A stretch of 64,000 nt of DNA from Balanoglossus misakiensis. Taxonomy: Eukaryota > Animalia > Hemichordata. Below are positions 50,723 to 64,000 of this stretch, piece after piece. The position numbers and the translations under genes were made by a program. Each line of letters begins with the position of its first letter. The stretch's first letter is position 1. The stretch lies in contig CM082583.2 in assembly GCA_040954595.2 (NCBI GenBank), positions 32,542-96,541 of the forward strand, read 5' to 3'. The notes beneath the pieces were generated by a model. The model was not told the DNA's origin. It worked only from the letters and a program-made list of their open reading frames with translations, and did not search any database.

Positions 50723-51114
50723 CTGCAATAAAAAGTGCAACCTAATGTTATCTCAGCAATATTTACTTTCAAAATCTGTTTGATAAAAACATCATCATTA
50801 CCATTACTGTAAATACTGAACGGAACTTCACTTCCAAAAACAACTTGCTCATTCTGGGACGCACTTGTGGGGCTATGAAAATCTCTGTATATGTATCTTG
50901 TGTAGGGAAAATTTTCATGAACGATCAACATTTTTTTCTTCAAATAAACATGTTTTCTTTCAGTTGTACATCATTTTTTAGGTGAACGATTCCCAAGGCC
51001 CAAGGTGTGATGCTGAAGATGAAAATATAAAGTATGACCAACAGACAATGTATTGAGACATGATTGTAAATGTTAGTTCCTGCATGACAAAATGTTTGTT
51101 TTAATGAGTTTTAC

Positions 51115-51231
51115 ACTGGCTGCAGTGTGTGCCGGTGAAACATCCTGGACAAGTACACTCATAAGTTGTACACGACAGCCGAGTACACTGCCCATTGTTC
51201 AGGCATGGACTTGGCCTACATGGAGTTTGTT
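51115..51231 (-). CDS. EGF-like exon (paralogue of 34089-34205)
   Basis: 117 bp, cag/gtaaa. Confidence 0.68.
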
Positions 51232-51546
51232 CTGTTTCAATGGAATGAAAATAAATAAATAGTAGTGACATAAGTTTTTAGGGTATGACCATTTCCTTAA
51301 TTCCTACAGCTGTGGTTCTATCGGGTTCTCCTATAACTAAGCCTCCTTAATGTATAACTGAACAATAAGAATTACTTATTATACTTTTGGGAGTTTAGGA
51401 CTTAGTAATTGCAAAAAAGACTCAATTCCTGAAAGTGCCTATTTGGTTTGTCACATCCTAAATATACAGGTAATTTCATAGCTGCCAGCTATGACAAATA
51501 TACCGGTATGAGGGGGGAAAAACAGTTCCTCGTCTGATAAATTTAC

Positions 51547-51669
51547 CTTGGTCACAGGTGATTCCAATGATACAGCCTTGACAGCGACAGGTAAACGCAC
51601 TGCACGATCCACTGATTGGCTCACAGATACCGTTGTTCATGCACGGATTGGGAGAACATTGATCGAGTC
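51547..51669 (-). CDS. EGF-like exon (paralogue of 34522-34644)
   Basis: 123 bp, cag/gtaaa. Confidence 0.68.
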
Positions 51670-52155
51670 CTGGGGGTTGCATGTAAATCAACCAACAATT
51701 GCACATTAACATCACAAGTCATTTCACTATTTTTTCATTCCAAACTTAAAAGATTGCTTGTAACTTGCTGAACAAATATTCATATGGACAGACTATTCTA
51801 GCTTGGAACAGGCAAAATCAAGGGTGCCCTGACGCCCAACTTTTAAGAGCAGTTCATTTACTGAAACTGCCAGCACCCAATATTATCCCACATGTAATCA
51901 ATATGTGGAAATCAAATACATCTGTAACAGTTTTAATTTACCATGTGGGTATTTGCATGGAGGGCCATGGTATTTGTTACCTACTGATAAAATACCTTTC
52001 AAAACAATATCCTCATTTCTTCAGAAGTTTGGCAACAAGACCAATAAAGTTTCACATCAAAATTTACAATGTATAAATAAGCTTAAAAGATCTACGGAAT
52101 GAAGATGGCTTGTTTGTTTGCAGGGTGTCTTGAAAGTATATACTCACTTGTTTGA

Positions 52156-53041
52156 CCATGGACCCTAGAGAAAGAAGGACGCGCAACTCCATTTTTTTCT
52201 TGAAATGATGTTCTTTTGCATACATTATTTCCAGATAAATCCCAATAATCCAATTTGCAATAAACTGTGTATAAACTAACGCAAAGTCTCGTGTTTTGTG
52301 TGAAGTTATCACAACACCTCAGAACATCTCGCAGAAGACGAGAAAACTGCAACGTGGTTGAACGCAGCGATTATTTATGGAACACATCTGGACAAGTTAA
52401 ACAGGAATTTGAATCTGAGTCTGACAGCGTCCAAAACAAGCATCTTTTGTCTAACAGTCCGGGTATTTCACAAGGCTGTGAGCTAACCGTACCGAGGGTT
52501 GCCTGGCAGCCATAGCGCACACATGATAATCCACCCAGTTTGTTTACAAATTGTTTTCGTGAAATCTGTTTTATTGTTCACGCACTGCGAAATAAAATGC
52601 CCCTAAACCACAATTTTTATTTCAATGCTTCACGCAAACATAACATTATTACGAAAAGTGTCAGCGTTACTAAGAAATATGAGTGCCCAGTCGGACATGC
52701 AAAAAACATGGATGATTTGTTTACAATTTTTAAATGAAGCTTGTGGCACTAGAAATGACCGTTCAACCGACAGACGAACACCAAACCATAATAATTAGCA
52801 CAGACATCGTAATACTTTTAGAATTTTAGAAAAAAACGCAGTGGCTGCTGAAATGCAGTAGTGCCAGTTTGGTGGCAAGTTTTCGTATCACTGGTGGGGT
52901 CGACACGTGCCGAAGTAAGGAAGTCATTGTCCGACTGTCCTGGGTGTTAATTATATACAAAAAAACATCATCATACAGATAATCCCCAAACCCTTTGATC
53001 TTTGCCGCAGTTGCTCGCCCTTCTTTCTCTAGGGTCTATGG
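52156..53041. mobile_element. TIR element with TTTGA TSD (paralogue of 35131-36017)
   Basis: Same TIRs; TTTGA at 52151-52155 and 53042-53046. Confidence 0.9.
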
Positions 53042-53155
53042 TTTGACAGATGTCACCTGTGTAAGAGTTCACACACTGGCATGAATAGAAATTGCACGAT
53101 GTTTGCTGGCAAAATCCACCATTCATACATGGGTTGGGATCACAGGGGTTTTGCA
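53042..53155 (-). pseudogene. EGF-like exon interrupted by the transposon (paralogue of 36018-36131)
   Basis: QNPCDPNPCMNGGFCQQTSCNFYSCQCVNSYTGDICQ; donor displaced to about 52142-52147. Confidence 0.78.
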
Positions 53156-53687
53156 CTGGAAATTAAGAAAGGACGCCATTTTATTCCTTGCTACTCATTC
53201 TACAGTACAGATATGGCAAAAACCTTGCAGAATTATGGCAAGGGTGTGTGGAGTGATTGTGCCTACAACTTATATTAGGCTGGTATCAAGTTGTTCACAC
53301 CTCCATAGATCACGTGGCAGTGACTGTGAGGCAAGGGCTTCCCTTCATGAAATCAAAGACCTGTGTACTGGAGGAGGGTTCCTTGCAAATGCTTGACTTG
53401 ACTTCAAGCACACCTGTAGACTCATATGTAAATTTACACTATCTGGCCTGGAGTGAGAATTTCCATAGTGGATGTGTGTTGACAAAAGGCAGTAAAATTG
53501 GCCAGTCGCGCATAATGTTTCTTGAACCAAGACAATCAAGACATTATGCGCCACGAAAGTGATTTTGATTGGAAAGAGTGTAATCTTGCATTCGATGTCA
53601 AGAACTCTCCAAGCTCTGCTGTGGTGATGGCTACACCTATGCTCAGGAAACATGCAGTATTTGAATGAGACTGCGCTGTATACTTAC

Positions 53688-53810
53688 ATATCTCACACCT
53701 ATCACCTTTGTAGCAACCAGTACATATGCAGGTGAGATCAAAGCAGGAATTTCGAGCCGGTTGACAGAAGCCACCATTCTGGCACGGATTTGGTTGACAC
53801 TGGTTGAGTC
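53688..53810 (-). CDS. EGF-like exon (paralogue of 36686-36808)
   Basis: 123 bp, cag/gtaag; retains CQNGGFC. Confidence 0.68.
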
Positions 53811-54081
53811 CTGCAAGGAAAAGGGTCAAATTTTCCATGATCATCAGGGGTGAGTTTCCTTCAAAAATTGTGATGTGACAAACCGACAAATTAGCATATT
53901 AGCATAATCAGAATAAATAAAAAAAATGCACAGGTAGTTTAAAAGAACAAAAACTTTCGAAACGGAATAGAGCTAAGCTGCTATCCCTTTCTATTTTTGT
54001 GTTTGTACAACATCAGTGAAGTTTAAATCATAATAAAAAAATGATAATTATCATTATTAACTGCTACAGATTCAAACTTAC

Positions 54082-54195
54082 TTGTCTCACAACTGGTTCC
54101 CTAGTAACACTCTGTGCACATGCAAATTGTGGCAGTACAAGAATTTACCTGTTGTTGGCAGGTACCTCCATTGAGACAAGGACTTCATAAGTTGT
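54082..54195 (-). pseudogene. EGF-like pseudo-exon with two stops (paralogue of 37107-37220)
   Basis: Same TGA and TAG as copy 1. Confidence 0.78.
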
Positions 54196-54234
54196 CTGAA
54201 AACACCAGTTTGCCCAATTTTCACTAATGTATAG

Positions 54235-54900
54235 GAATACATGAGAAGTCGGCCAGATTAGAAGTCGGCCAGTTCGCGCGCATGAGAAGTCGGCCAGTAT
54301 GAGAAGTCGGCCAGTTGTTGAACTTGTACCCGAATAGTGCAGTAATGACCCAGATTACTTATAACAACACTTAATAAAATATAATTGCACTAAATATTTT
54401 CATTTGGACGGATTTCCCAAATTCTTGACAACACAATGGCGTCATTTCAAATAATGGCGTCTGGCATCCGTACCAGTTCCCCAGCCCCGTATCCGCGTAA
54501 GGAGCTTAGGTTGTTCGCCAAATTCCTGTGACATTTCTGATTAAAGGGAGTTGTTTCAAAGCCTACTAAAATACATAGAAGATGTATGTGTATATTCATA
54601 CTTTCTGAGACAACACCAAACAAACAAACCAACAAACGTGACAAGGAACAGACTACTGGCGCAGCTCAAGAAGTGCAGGTGACTGATGTTGACGTACCCC
54701 GGTGACGTACATGAAAAGTGAACAGACAGTTTTAAAATTCATCGGCTATTTGTACAAATATCTCAGCTCCTGTACATCAAGGAAACATTTCGTAGTGAAA
54801 CAGTTATATATAACACAAAGTACCAGGGTTCTCTCCCACAGGCCGACTTCTCGTACTGGCCGAGACCGACTTCTCATACTGGTTGACTTCTCAGGACACC
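54235..54900. mobile_element. 666-bp foldback-like element with ATGTATAG TSD (paralogue of 37260-37925)
   Basis: Same subterminal repeats and TSD. Confidence 0.82.
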
Positions 54901-55011
54901 ATGTATAGCTAGCTGTTGAACTCAAAAAATATGTAAAACTACAAGTGATGTAAACAACTTGTGGAACCATGTTCAAATCGAGACAAGAAGAAAAGGGATT
55001 TCAAGACTTAC

Positions 55012-57653
55012 CTCCTTCAGCACTTTACTGCCCTGTAGCGCACTGTGTGACACTTGTAGTTGTGCATTCATAACCAGAAGGACGTGGCCGAACCTAGCGA
55101 GTATGAACCTATCACAGAAAAAATTCAAAGAACGATTTTTACCACCATGGTTTGGTCCAACGATCCCTTATTAGAGAGATGTCCGTAATCACAGGTTTTA
55201 CTGTACAATACCTCTTCAGTGGAATCATTGTGTTTTTCAAAGTGCATCACAATATCAACTCCAATAAGCATAACAGTTTAATTTTCTGTGTATGCCATGC
55301 TATAACACAGGGAAGTCACAAGAGTGATTTGCAGCCCAACTTACCAGTAACTGTTGAACAATCCACTACGGGTGACATGGTTGGACACTTGGATCCCGCT
55401 GGACAAGGCGTGCATGTGCCGTCGCCTTCCATAGCATATTCACCATTGCCACAGTCGAGCGGATCTTACATTGGATCTGAACACGATTGTCCAGCAGGGC
55501 ACAGAAGACAGGATGTGCGTGCAGGCTCCTCACTTATTTCATCTGATTAAAGAAAATGAGGTTTTTAGTGATGTATTTGTGATACAGTGTCATTTAAAAT
55601 AACAAATTACTTGAGATGATTCACTTCATAATTCTGAGACAAGTATACAGGCATGTAGAAAATTCTTTGGAGGACATTAAACGTCATTTCTAATCAACCA
55701 TTTTCTGAATATCATAAGACTCTGCGAGATCTCACATGGCTAACCGGGTCTCGCAAGATCTCGCACTGAGTTGATAATCTGTTGTAAACACATACATACA
55801 TACACACACACACATACCCCCAGTCGCACTGACTTGAAAATCTGTTGTAAACACATACATGCAAACACACATACCCCTCAGTTTCATCACACAGCAAACT
55901 GAACAAGTACCACAATCTTACCATTTGTACATCTGGTACAGTTTGTTGCACCAGCCAATGACACGTAACCCTTGGTACACTTGAATTGCGATGCACTGGG
56001 ATCTATGCAGGCGTAACCTTGCTCACAAATAGTACAATGTTCAGCACCAGCTGATCTGTAAATCAAACAGAGAATTTACACACCAAGTTAACCTTTGAAT
56101 ACCACTGTAAAAATTTGGTGCAAATTTTAATTATTTTCATAAATAGAGGTCTATTCAAATTTGGAAAAATTGTCATTTTTTCATTCATATATTATATCAG
56201 TAAATTTTAAATACAGAAATAGAAAATGATCCCATCCTATTTTTCAGTTAGTAAATTACCTGACCTAATGTTTGATGTTGGAAATAAAGGTGGGTGGGTA
56301 GAAGTTTACCTGTTATGCAAGAGGTACAGCGAGACATCCTTTGTCCAAGGCCGAACTGTAATAACCAGCCGAGCATAAAATCACAGTGTTACCATTTGGA
56401 CATTGGTTACCAGCTGGGCAATCAGCACATGATGTTTGTGCTGAAAATAAACAGAGATTTATAGAATCTTATAGTCACAGTCATACCTTCAAAGACGTGG
56501 GATTCTCACGCGGGTTGGGGAGACAAAAATCCCTGGCAAAAGATTGAGGACAGGAAAATGCCAATCCAGAGATATTGGTAACAGAAACTGTGTACAGTCA
56601 ATGCCATACGGCAGTGTGCTGTTCTAACAACAGACAAGATCGTGACGATCATAGTCTGTGTCGGAGATTTGGAAAAGAGCAAATTTGGTGAAAAGACGGG
56701 ACAAAACAAAAGTCTACTTATACGATGCACATGAAAACTGGATGAAAGCGAAGCAGTCCACTATTTGAATGCATTGGATGTAAAATTGGCAGAATATTTG
56801 GACTGGACGTAATGTTTGTACGCACAGAATTACGTACATGCACATAAGATGATCGTCCGCCTTAAAGGCACGTAAGCTGCAACTGGATAAAAAAATTAAA
56901 GTTTTAAATAATCTCATATATGCTTTTAATTATGTCTATTAAATGATATTTCATGATAATATATCAAGCTCAACACTTATTTATGACACAATGGCCAAAA
57001 ATTAAAGAAAAAACGAAAATTCCTGCAATTTTAAAAAAAGTGCAATATTGCAATGAAAAATGGAAATCTGATGTCTCAGTGGTGTACATTTACTTCCATG
57101 AGCTCAAGTGGATGAGATCATGTTTTGTTTATGAAGTTTCAAAACCGGAAATGCAACATTTTCATTGTTTCTTGCATTTTCCCAGGGTGGCGGCCATAAT
57201 CGCTTGCGGCAAAGCTTTATTATTTATCTGGTTAAAACTTGCATATGCACTCATATTTAGGGTTTATAATGCTTGTGTATAGTTCACTGCCTTCATCTGC
57301 ATGGACTAATGGTAGTGCAGTTTTAAACAAAAATTATGAAAATTATCCCAAAAGTTACAGCTTACGTGCCTTTAAGTGAAAGATTACACAGTAATGCCCA
57401 AACTTTAAGTGCTGACTCACCATCTATATTAGTGTAGTATCCATCTTCACACACCTCTGGCTCCGACATACCATCATATTGGCACTTATACCCGGGGCAG
57501 GACAAGGCGTACAGTCTATACTTCCATTGTTGGCAAAATATCCCAGTCCGCATTGTGTTGGTGATGAGAGGCTGGCTGTTCCACACATGAAACCCCTGGA
57601 CACAGCGTGCATGCTTCCGAACATGCTGAACTTTAACTTCCAGCTGCGCAGTC
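55012..57653 (-). pseudogene. Block of five Cys-rich ephrin-receptor-like exons, copy 2 (55012-55108, 55345-55542, 55922-56055, 56310-56440, 57421-57653)
   Basis: Paralogues of 38037-40681 with the same lesions, e.g. TAA at 55466-55468. Confidence 0.75.
56866..57371. mobile_element. Kolobok-like TTAA element (paralogue of 39895-40399)
   Basis: Same TIRs and TTAA flanks. Confidence 0.88.
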
Positions 57654-58628
57654 CTGTAGGAGTGAAGACGTCAACTATTAAGGAGGTTTAGGAGCCCTCT
57701 AGCCAGCAAACTTCATCAAGGATGTACGTGCAGAACATAAACCGGAAACACTGCGTGTCCGGTCTTTTTCCCATAGGATTACATTGATAATCGCCAGAAA
57801 ACAAACTTCTACTATTGTCATTTTCACGAAATTTTACACATAGCTCAGTCCAGCAAATATAAATTCATTGGTCAAATAAAATATAGGGGTCACCGCGCTC
57901 TTTTTTGAGATAAATTGCATTAAGAATTTTGGCCATAGACAAACAAACCATTGGTGAAAAATGCTGAGTCAGCAGATTTCTTCTATTATCGACCAATTTC
58001 ATGGCTCTGTATTTCAAAAACAAGCGCGGTGACCCCTATATTTTATTACGGATTTTCATTATACATACAAAAGAGAATAAAAAAATCCACAATTAAAAAA
58101 AATGACAATACTTTCCATTATGTTACTTAGGTAGTGGAGCACCAAAACCCAAATTTTCATATCGATTGTGTATTTTGTGATAAAAGCACCAAACTTGGCT
58201 CAGATGTGTGTTAATGTGTACTGAACAAATTCAGATAGCGAGTCACTAAATATCTGTTGAAGAGTTTCCATGGCAACCAATTTTTTTTCAAAATGGCCGC
58301 AAATACAGATAATCACACCTGTTAAACATCAAAATAAATTCAGATTACAATATTTGAAACAAGAAACTACGGAAAGAATGGTTTGCAATAGAACTATGGT
58401 TATTAAACTACAAATGTACTTATAAGGGTAACTAAGGGATCAAAATACAGGTGCCTGGTACTCGCATTAGTATAGGTGCTCCCCCTAGTTAAACATTACG
58501 GCTAGTTGCGATATTTAACTTGAAGTACGTAAATTACACACACACGAATCGCAACAGTTAGCGAGTCACTAAATATCTATTGAAGAGTGACTATGCAGTA
58601 TTCAAGATCCACCCTTTCCACAATACGT

Positions 58629-60932
58629 GTGAACTTCTACTCTCTACATGGAATGTCCGCTCAGCTAGATGCAAATCATTAGACATTGCAGACTACATCA
58701 CAGATAAAGAAATTGATATTCTTGTACTCACTGAAACATGGTTGAAGGAATCTGGTGACGAACACGTAATGGCTGAATGTACACCACCAGGCTATGCTGT
58801 CAAACATCTACCTGGGGTTGGCAAGATCGGTGGAGGCTTAGCTTAAATTCATAAGCTAGCACTAAAATAAACAGCTTGGAAGCCTATTCTCTCTGTTAAA
58901 TCTTTTGAGGCAGCGGAAGCAACTATTCTTCACCAGAAACTTTCCATGAAAATAATTCTTGTCTACCGTCCACCACCATCAGTTAATAATAAATTCACCG
59001 CACCACAGTTCATGGAAGAGTTCAGTACAACACTTGAGAAGTATGTCACCTGCTCAAGTAATCTCTTCATCGTAGGAGATTTCAATATTCACCTAGAAGA
59101 TGATAAGAATCCAGTAACACAGAAATTCAATGGAATCATCAGCGCCTGTAATCTGAAACAATGGGTCCAACAACCAACACACAGAAAGGGTCATACTCTT
59201 GATCTCATCTTATCTAACTCTGCGTCTAACATCAAGAGTGTCTCTGTAGACTGCTTGGAACTCTCTGATCACAATTCTGTCAATGCAAAACTTGCTCTTC
59301 CGAAACCAACACACAGTAGACGTCAAATATCTTATCGTCATATCTGCCATTTCAATTGATAGTTTCAGCCATGATCTCGACAAAATACATCAAATGTCCT
59401 AGCCTCCAAATGACCTCTCCTCAGCCATATCAGCTTATAACCAACCCGTCAGTCTCCATCTAAAACACGTGTACTTGATCTCATCCCTACAGCACTTGAT
59501 AAGCAATGTCTTGGTAATCTGCTCACTATCATAGCCACAATTATCAATTTGTCACTCAAAACTGGAACTGTTCCTGAATAACTTAAAATAGCAGTCATCA
59601 CACCAATATACTCAAGAAACCTTCGCTCGACAAAAACATTTTCAAGAACTATAGACCAGTTTCAAACCTAACCTTCCTGTCAAAAGTAATCGGGAAGATT
59701 GTAGCACAGCAACTGACATCATATTTGACTACCAACTCACTACAAGAACCACTGCAGTCAGCGTACCGAAAGGATCACAGTACCGAAACAGCACTTACTA
59801 AAGTCAACAACGATATTTGTATGGCACTGGATGCCGGTAAATGTGTACTCATGGTTCTCCTCGATCTCTCCTCTGTGTTTGATACCATAGATCACGACAC
59901 AATCATCTCAAGGTTATCAAAACTGGGCATCACCAACATCGCACTACAATGGTTCTCATCATATCTTAAGAACAGACAGCAGTTTGTATGGCCCAATGTC
60001 AGAACCTCAATATCTACAATATGGAGTACCACACGGTTCAGTGCTTGGCCCACTTTTGTTCTGCAGCTACATCCAACCACTTGCTCAACTTATTTGTCAC
60101 CACAACATCAATTTTCACCAATATGCCGATGACAACCAATTATACCAATATTTCTTCCAGTTAGACACCATAAGTACATTAGACAAGATGGAAAGGGCAG
60201 TTCACGAAATAAAAACCTGGATGACACATAATAAACTTCAACTAAATGTTGGCAAACCCGAGGTACTCCTGATAAGGTCTCAGTTCAACCGCTCGCCTCG
60301 TCCCATAAACCACATGAGCATTGGATCATGTTGTGTTCAAATTGTGAATTCTGCACGGAATATAGGTGTGACATTCGACGACAATTACACTTTCAATAAG
60401 CACATTAATGCAATTTGCAAGTCAATTTTCTTCCATCTGCGTCAAATCAGCCACATTCGCCGTTACCTCACTAAGGAAGTTTGCCAGATGCTGGTTCATG
60501 CTCTAATCACATCAAAACTGGACTACTGCAATGCAATACTCTGTGGTTTACCATCATCATGCATTCAACCGCTACAGCATGCCCTGAATTCTGCAGCCAC
60601 CATGGCCTCCTTCACAAAAACCTCACCAGACCCCATAATGCCTCCATCTCTTACACCACACCTTATACCCACCACAAATCCTAGCCATCACCCAACCTAT
60701 CATAGCCCAAACAATCCAAACCCAATCAAAATTGACCCTAGCCCCACTTATCAAGCCATCAATGCTCAACGGCAACCCAAATAACACTTAACTTAAAGAT
60801 TGGCATAAATCCAAACTCATACCACAGCGACCCCAAATATACAACACAAAGACTCAATCACGAACCAATACCTACCATTTGTAGCAAATACACGACCAAA
60901 GATTTGATCCCATCTATCATCCATATATCATC
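58629..60932 (+). mobile_element. Degraded L2/CR1-group LINE ORF2, copy 2, with satellite-B-like tail
   Basis: ORFs at 58580, 58946, 59725 and 59984 carry APE and RT motifs. Confidence 0.95.
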
Positions 60933-61109
60933 AGAAAGTTGGGACGATGAGCAATGGGGCAGAGACTGATCATCAAAAATTTGAGACAGGGAATTCCAAC
61001 AAATGAGATCATTAAGTTAAATATGCAAAGCAAATCAGAAAAGAGAATCAGAAGATTTTCTCCGAAGGACACCTTGCAAATTCATGATTGGAAAGACACT
61101 GCAGTCACA

Positions 61110-62300
61110 TGTTTATTGTAGTGTCCAAACACTAGTGAGCATCTATACTTTATACATTCTGTAAAATGACGTAATGCAACATTCGGGTCATTATGAATAA
61201 AGTGCGTGAATGAGGCTAGGCACTCTCACTCTTACATGCCGGACTTGGTGTCTCATGTTGTCATTATTGCCCACCCACGATTCTATATTTGGCGACGAGG
61301 ACGGAGAACATGGAGAATCAGCTAGCCGTCAATGCCGAGTTTTCCTGTTCATTCAGTCTCGACAACCACCAGTACGAGATGGAAAAAGTACATGGTTAGA
61401 GTAGAAAACGCATTTGTCGCATTCAACATTACAGATGACAAGCGACAACGTGCACTGCTATTGCACTGGGCAGGTGAGGAAGTTTCCGACTTCTTTGATA
61501 CTCTACCAGATACAGGAACTAGCTGTGAAACAGCCAAATTAAAGCTTTCGTCATACTTCTCACCCAAACGGAACATTGAATACGAACGATTTATCTTCAG
61601 AGACACCATACAAAACAACGGCGAATCGATTGATGCCTATCACACTTGTTTGCAACGCCTAGCAGAAACATATGTGACTTCACCAATAAGGATCAAGAGG
61701 TCAAATCACAAATCATACGAGGATTCACATCAGCCCGTCTCAGACGTCGTGCTCTTCGGGAGGAGACGACACTAGAGAATCTACTGAGTACAGCCTGTTC
61801 ATTTGAGGTATCAGAGGTTCAGGCTAGTGGGATTGAGGAGAAAACCCAAAATTATGGTGCAGATACGGCATCTGTGAATGCGGTCAGAAAACAGCGCCAC
61901 CAACGCCCGAAACCAAATAAACAAAAGAGAGCTCATCAGCAGCCAGCGAAAGGACCGTCCACTTGTTATTATTGTGGTGGCACCTATCCACATGACTCAG
62001 TATGTCCAGCTAAAGGCAAGTCATGCAGGAAGTGTGGCAAACCTAACTATTTTGCCAAATGCTACCGATCAAAAGGCAAGGCAAATAGGGTAGACAAGGA
62101 TGAAACTGTCAAAGCTGTGCATAAAGTGGAAGACAGCTCGGGAGATGAATACTGCTTCACTGTACAACAATCAAATGGCAGGAGGCCTCAAGTAACAGTG
62201 CAGATAGAACAAACAGCAGTTGCCTCACTGATCGACCCTGGTTCTACAATAAACATGATGAGTGTAAACACATACAACAACCTAAAGAACAAACCCATGT
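61110..62300 (+). mobile_element. Gypsy (Mag-like) LTR-PBS-gag-protease fragment, copy 2
   Basis: PBS tggcgacgagg at 61290; ORFs at 61332 and 61646 with gag and zinc knuckles. Confidence 0.88.
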
Positions 62301-64000
62301 GGCAAACAGAAAGCCCGTTTTACCACTGTCAGCAGTGCATTATTGAGTATTTTAGCATCGCTGGATTTAGCTCTCGTCCAATCAGAATTGCGGACGGTAG
62401 CATGATATAATATAATTGAGAATAAATCTCGCGACAAGTGTACAGTTTGACAATGTACACAGATAATCCGTTTCAACAATGTTTCCTTTGTAGTGTGAAT
62501 AAAACTGCACACTTTGCAAGTTTTCAACTTCAAAACACTATGGCTATTACAGAGACAAAGCTGCTAATATACAGTGTATACCTGTCATTTTTGTTTGTGG
62601 TGAGATTTTCATTGGCACAGTCGCACAGAGCTCACACAAGAGGAAATTACACTTTCTGTTGAATTCACTGCATCCTGCTAACTTTAAGTCATATATCCAG
62701 TGAAACATTAAGTTATAGAATTTTCCATCGCAGTATTCTGTTTTATATACATGTATAGCAGTCCCACACATATTGATTAATTTGACAAAAGAAACTGACT
62801 GACAATTTTCACAGCGCTCCCAGTATAGCATCCTTGGCAGGTGCACGTCAATGCCCCACACGAGGTTAGGGTTGGCAAGTGCTGCCATTTTGACATGGGT
62901 TGTTAGCACTGATCAATTCCTACGCATGACAGAAAAATGAAGAATTAGGCTATGGGCCGGACCTGCCTATCGTTTCAAAATGCACTCTGTATATTAAGGT
63001 TTATTTCTTTTACATAAAAACAAGTCTTCTTGCTCTAATATGATAAAAGAAAAAAAACTTCAACTTAAATATTGCGTCCTCAGAGGTAATATCGAGCCCT
63101 AAAAATCAGGTATGCTAATGCGGTTAAAGGTCGTGCAGTTCTCCTTATAACAAGCGATCTTATTGGTGGTTACGTGACTGCACCAATCACAGAATGCGTT
63201 ATGTCACTCAGCAATTACACACGCAGGGCAAACTATCAGGCAGCTACATGTATGCTAGTATACATGTTACAGAAGATTAAACAGAATTGTTGGTAAGGAA
63301 AGTTTGAGCAGACTAGTCCATTCAATGTAAAAAATGGTGCTGATTCCAAAAAAGTCAGTCTTATTGACCCCTTTCAAGACAAAATTGCCATTTTTGCCAC
63401 TTTTAACCCAAAAGGTCATTTAAAAAACACTCAAAACACACTGTTTTCATCACATTCGGAGATCTGATGACATTTGAGGATTATGCGGAAACAGTGACAC
63501 ACCAGAATAAAAATTACAGGTGACATTTGCAAGCAGATATGATCTGACCATATAGAAATATGGAATGTAAAAACATTAACAAGGAACATGCCCAATAAAC
63601 TATCATGTGTCATGGCAGTCTTACAAGTGGTGCTAGAAAAAAAAATGACCAAAAATTGTCTGTACAAACACATATGCGAAGCAACTTCTTTCAGTCATCC
63701 CTGGAACAGACACACACTGACCTGCCACTGGTAATTAAAATTTGATAGCTGGTGGTCTCTGTAACAGCTGGCCTATTTAAGTTATGTAAACATGTCTTTG
63801 TTCGAGGTAACAACTCCTTGTAAATAGTAACTTTAAAAACAACTGGACAATTTGTTTAGGAGAAGATTTGCTAACCAAAAACTAAGAAACTTACCAAAAA
63901 AACTCGCTAAATATTTAATCTTTCTGATCTCAGAACTGAATAAAAGTTGCACATATACAGGTATGTGTTATGAAATTATATCCTAAATTTCAAAGCAATC

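Larger units (their letters stand above)
49400..57653 (-). pseudogene. Decayed multi-exon EGF / Cys-rich locus, copy 2
   Basis: Paralogous exons sharing most stops and frameshifts with copy 1. Confidence 0.75.
49114..64000. repeat. Tandem segmental duplication unit, copy 2 (runs off the window; 64000 corresponds to about 47060)
   Basis: Colinear, highly similar copy of 31713-47060. Confidence 0.95.

Noticed and set aside
31354-57653. Named gene call such as Notch, fibropellin, SVEP1 or SCUBE
   Set aside because: No diagnostic domain, signal peptide or terminal exon is visible, and the Cys spacing is atypical.

Overview
This window is the left end of a metazoan chromosome, probably a marine invertebrate (inferred from the TTAGGG telomere, the transposon types and the EGF-exon style). 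Positions 1-2797 are a (CCCTAA)n telomere with proximal variant blocks. Positions 2.8-31.3 kb are a subtelomere built from three satellites in mirror order A-B-C | C'-B'-A' around an orientation switch near 9160. A is a GGGTCAA-based 7-mer satellite, B a ~575-bp repeat that appears to derive from a LINE 3' end, and C an AT-rich ~1.43-kb repeat. Positions 31.3-64 kb hold a ~17-kb tandem segmental duplication whose second copy runs off the window. It carries a largely decayed minus-strand multi-exon locus of unusual 8-cysteine EGF-like exons and ephrin-receptor-like (GCC2/GCC3-type) Cys-rich exons. An L2/CR1-group LINE, a Gypsy LTR/gag fragment and several non-autonomous DNA transposons interrupt it. 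No intact complete gene or RNA gene can be supported. All coordinates were read by eye.
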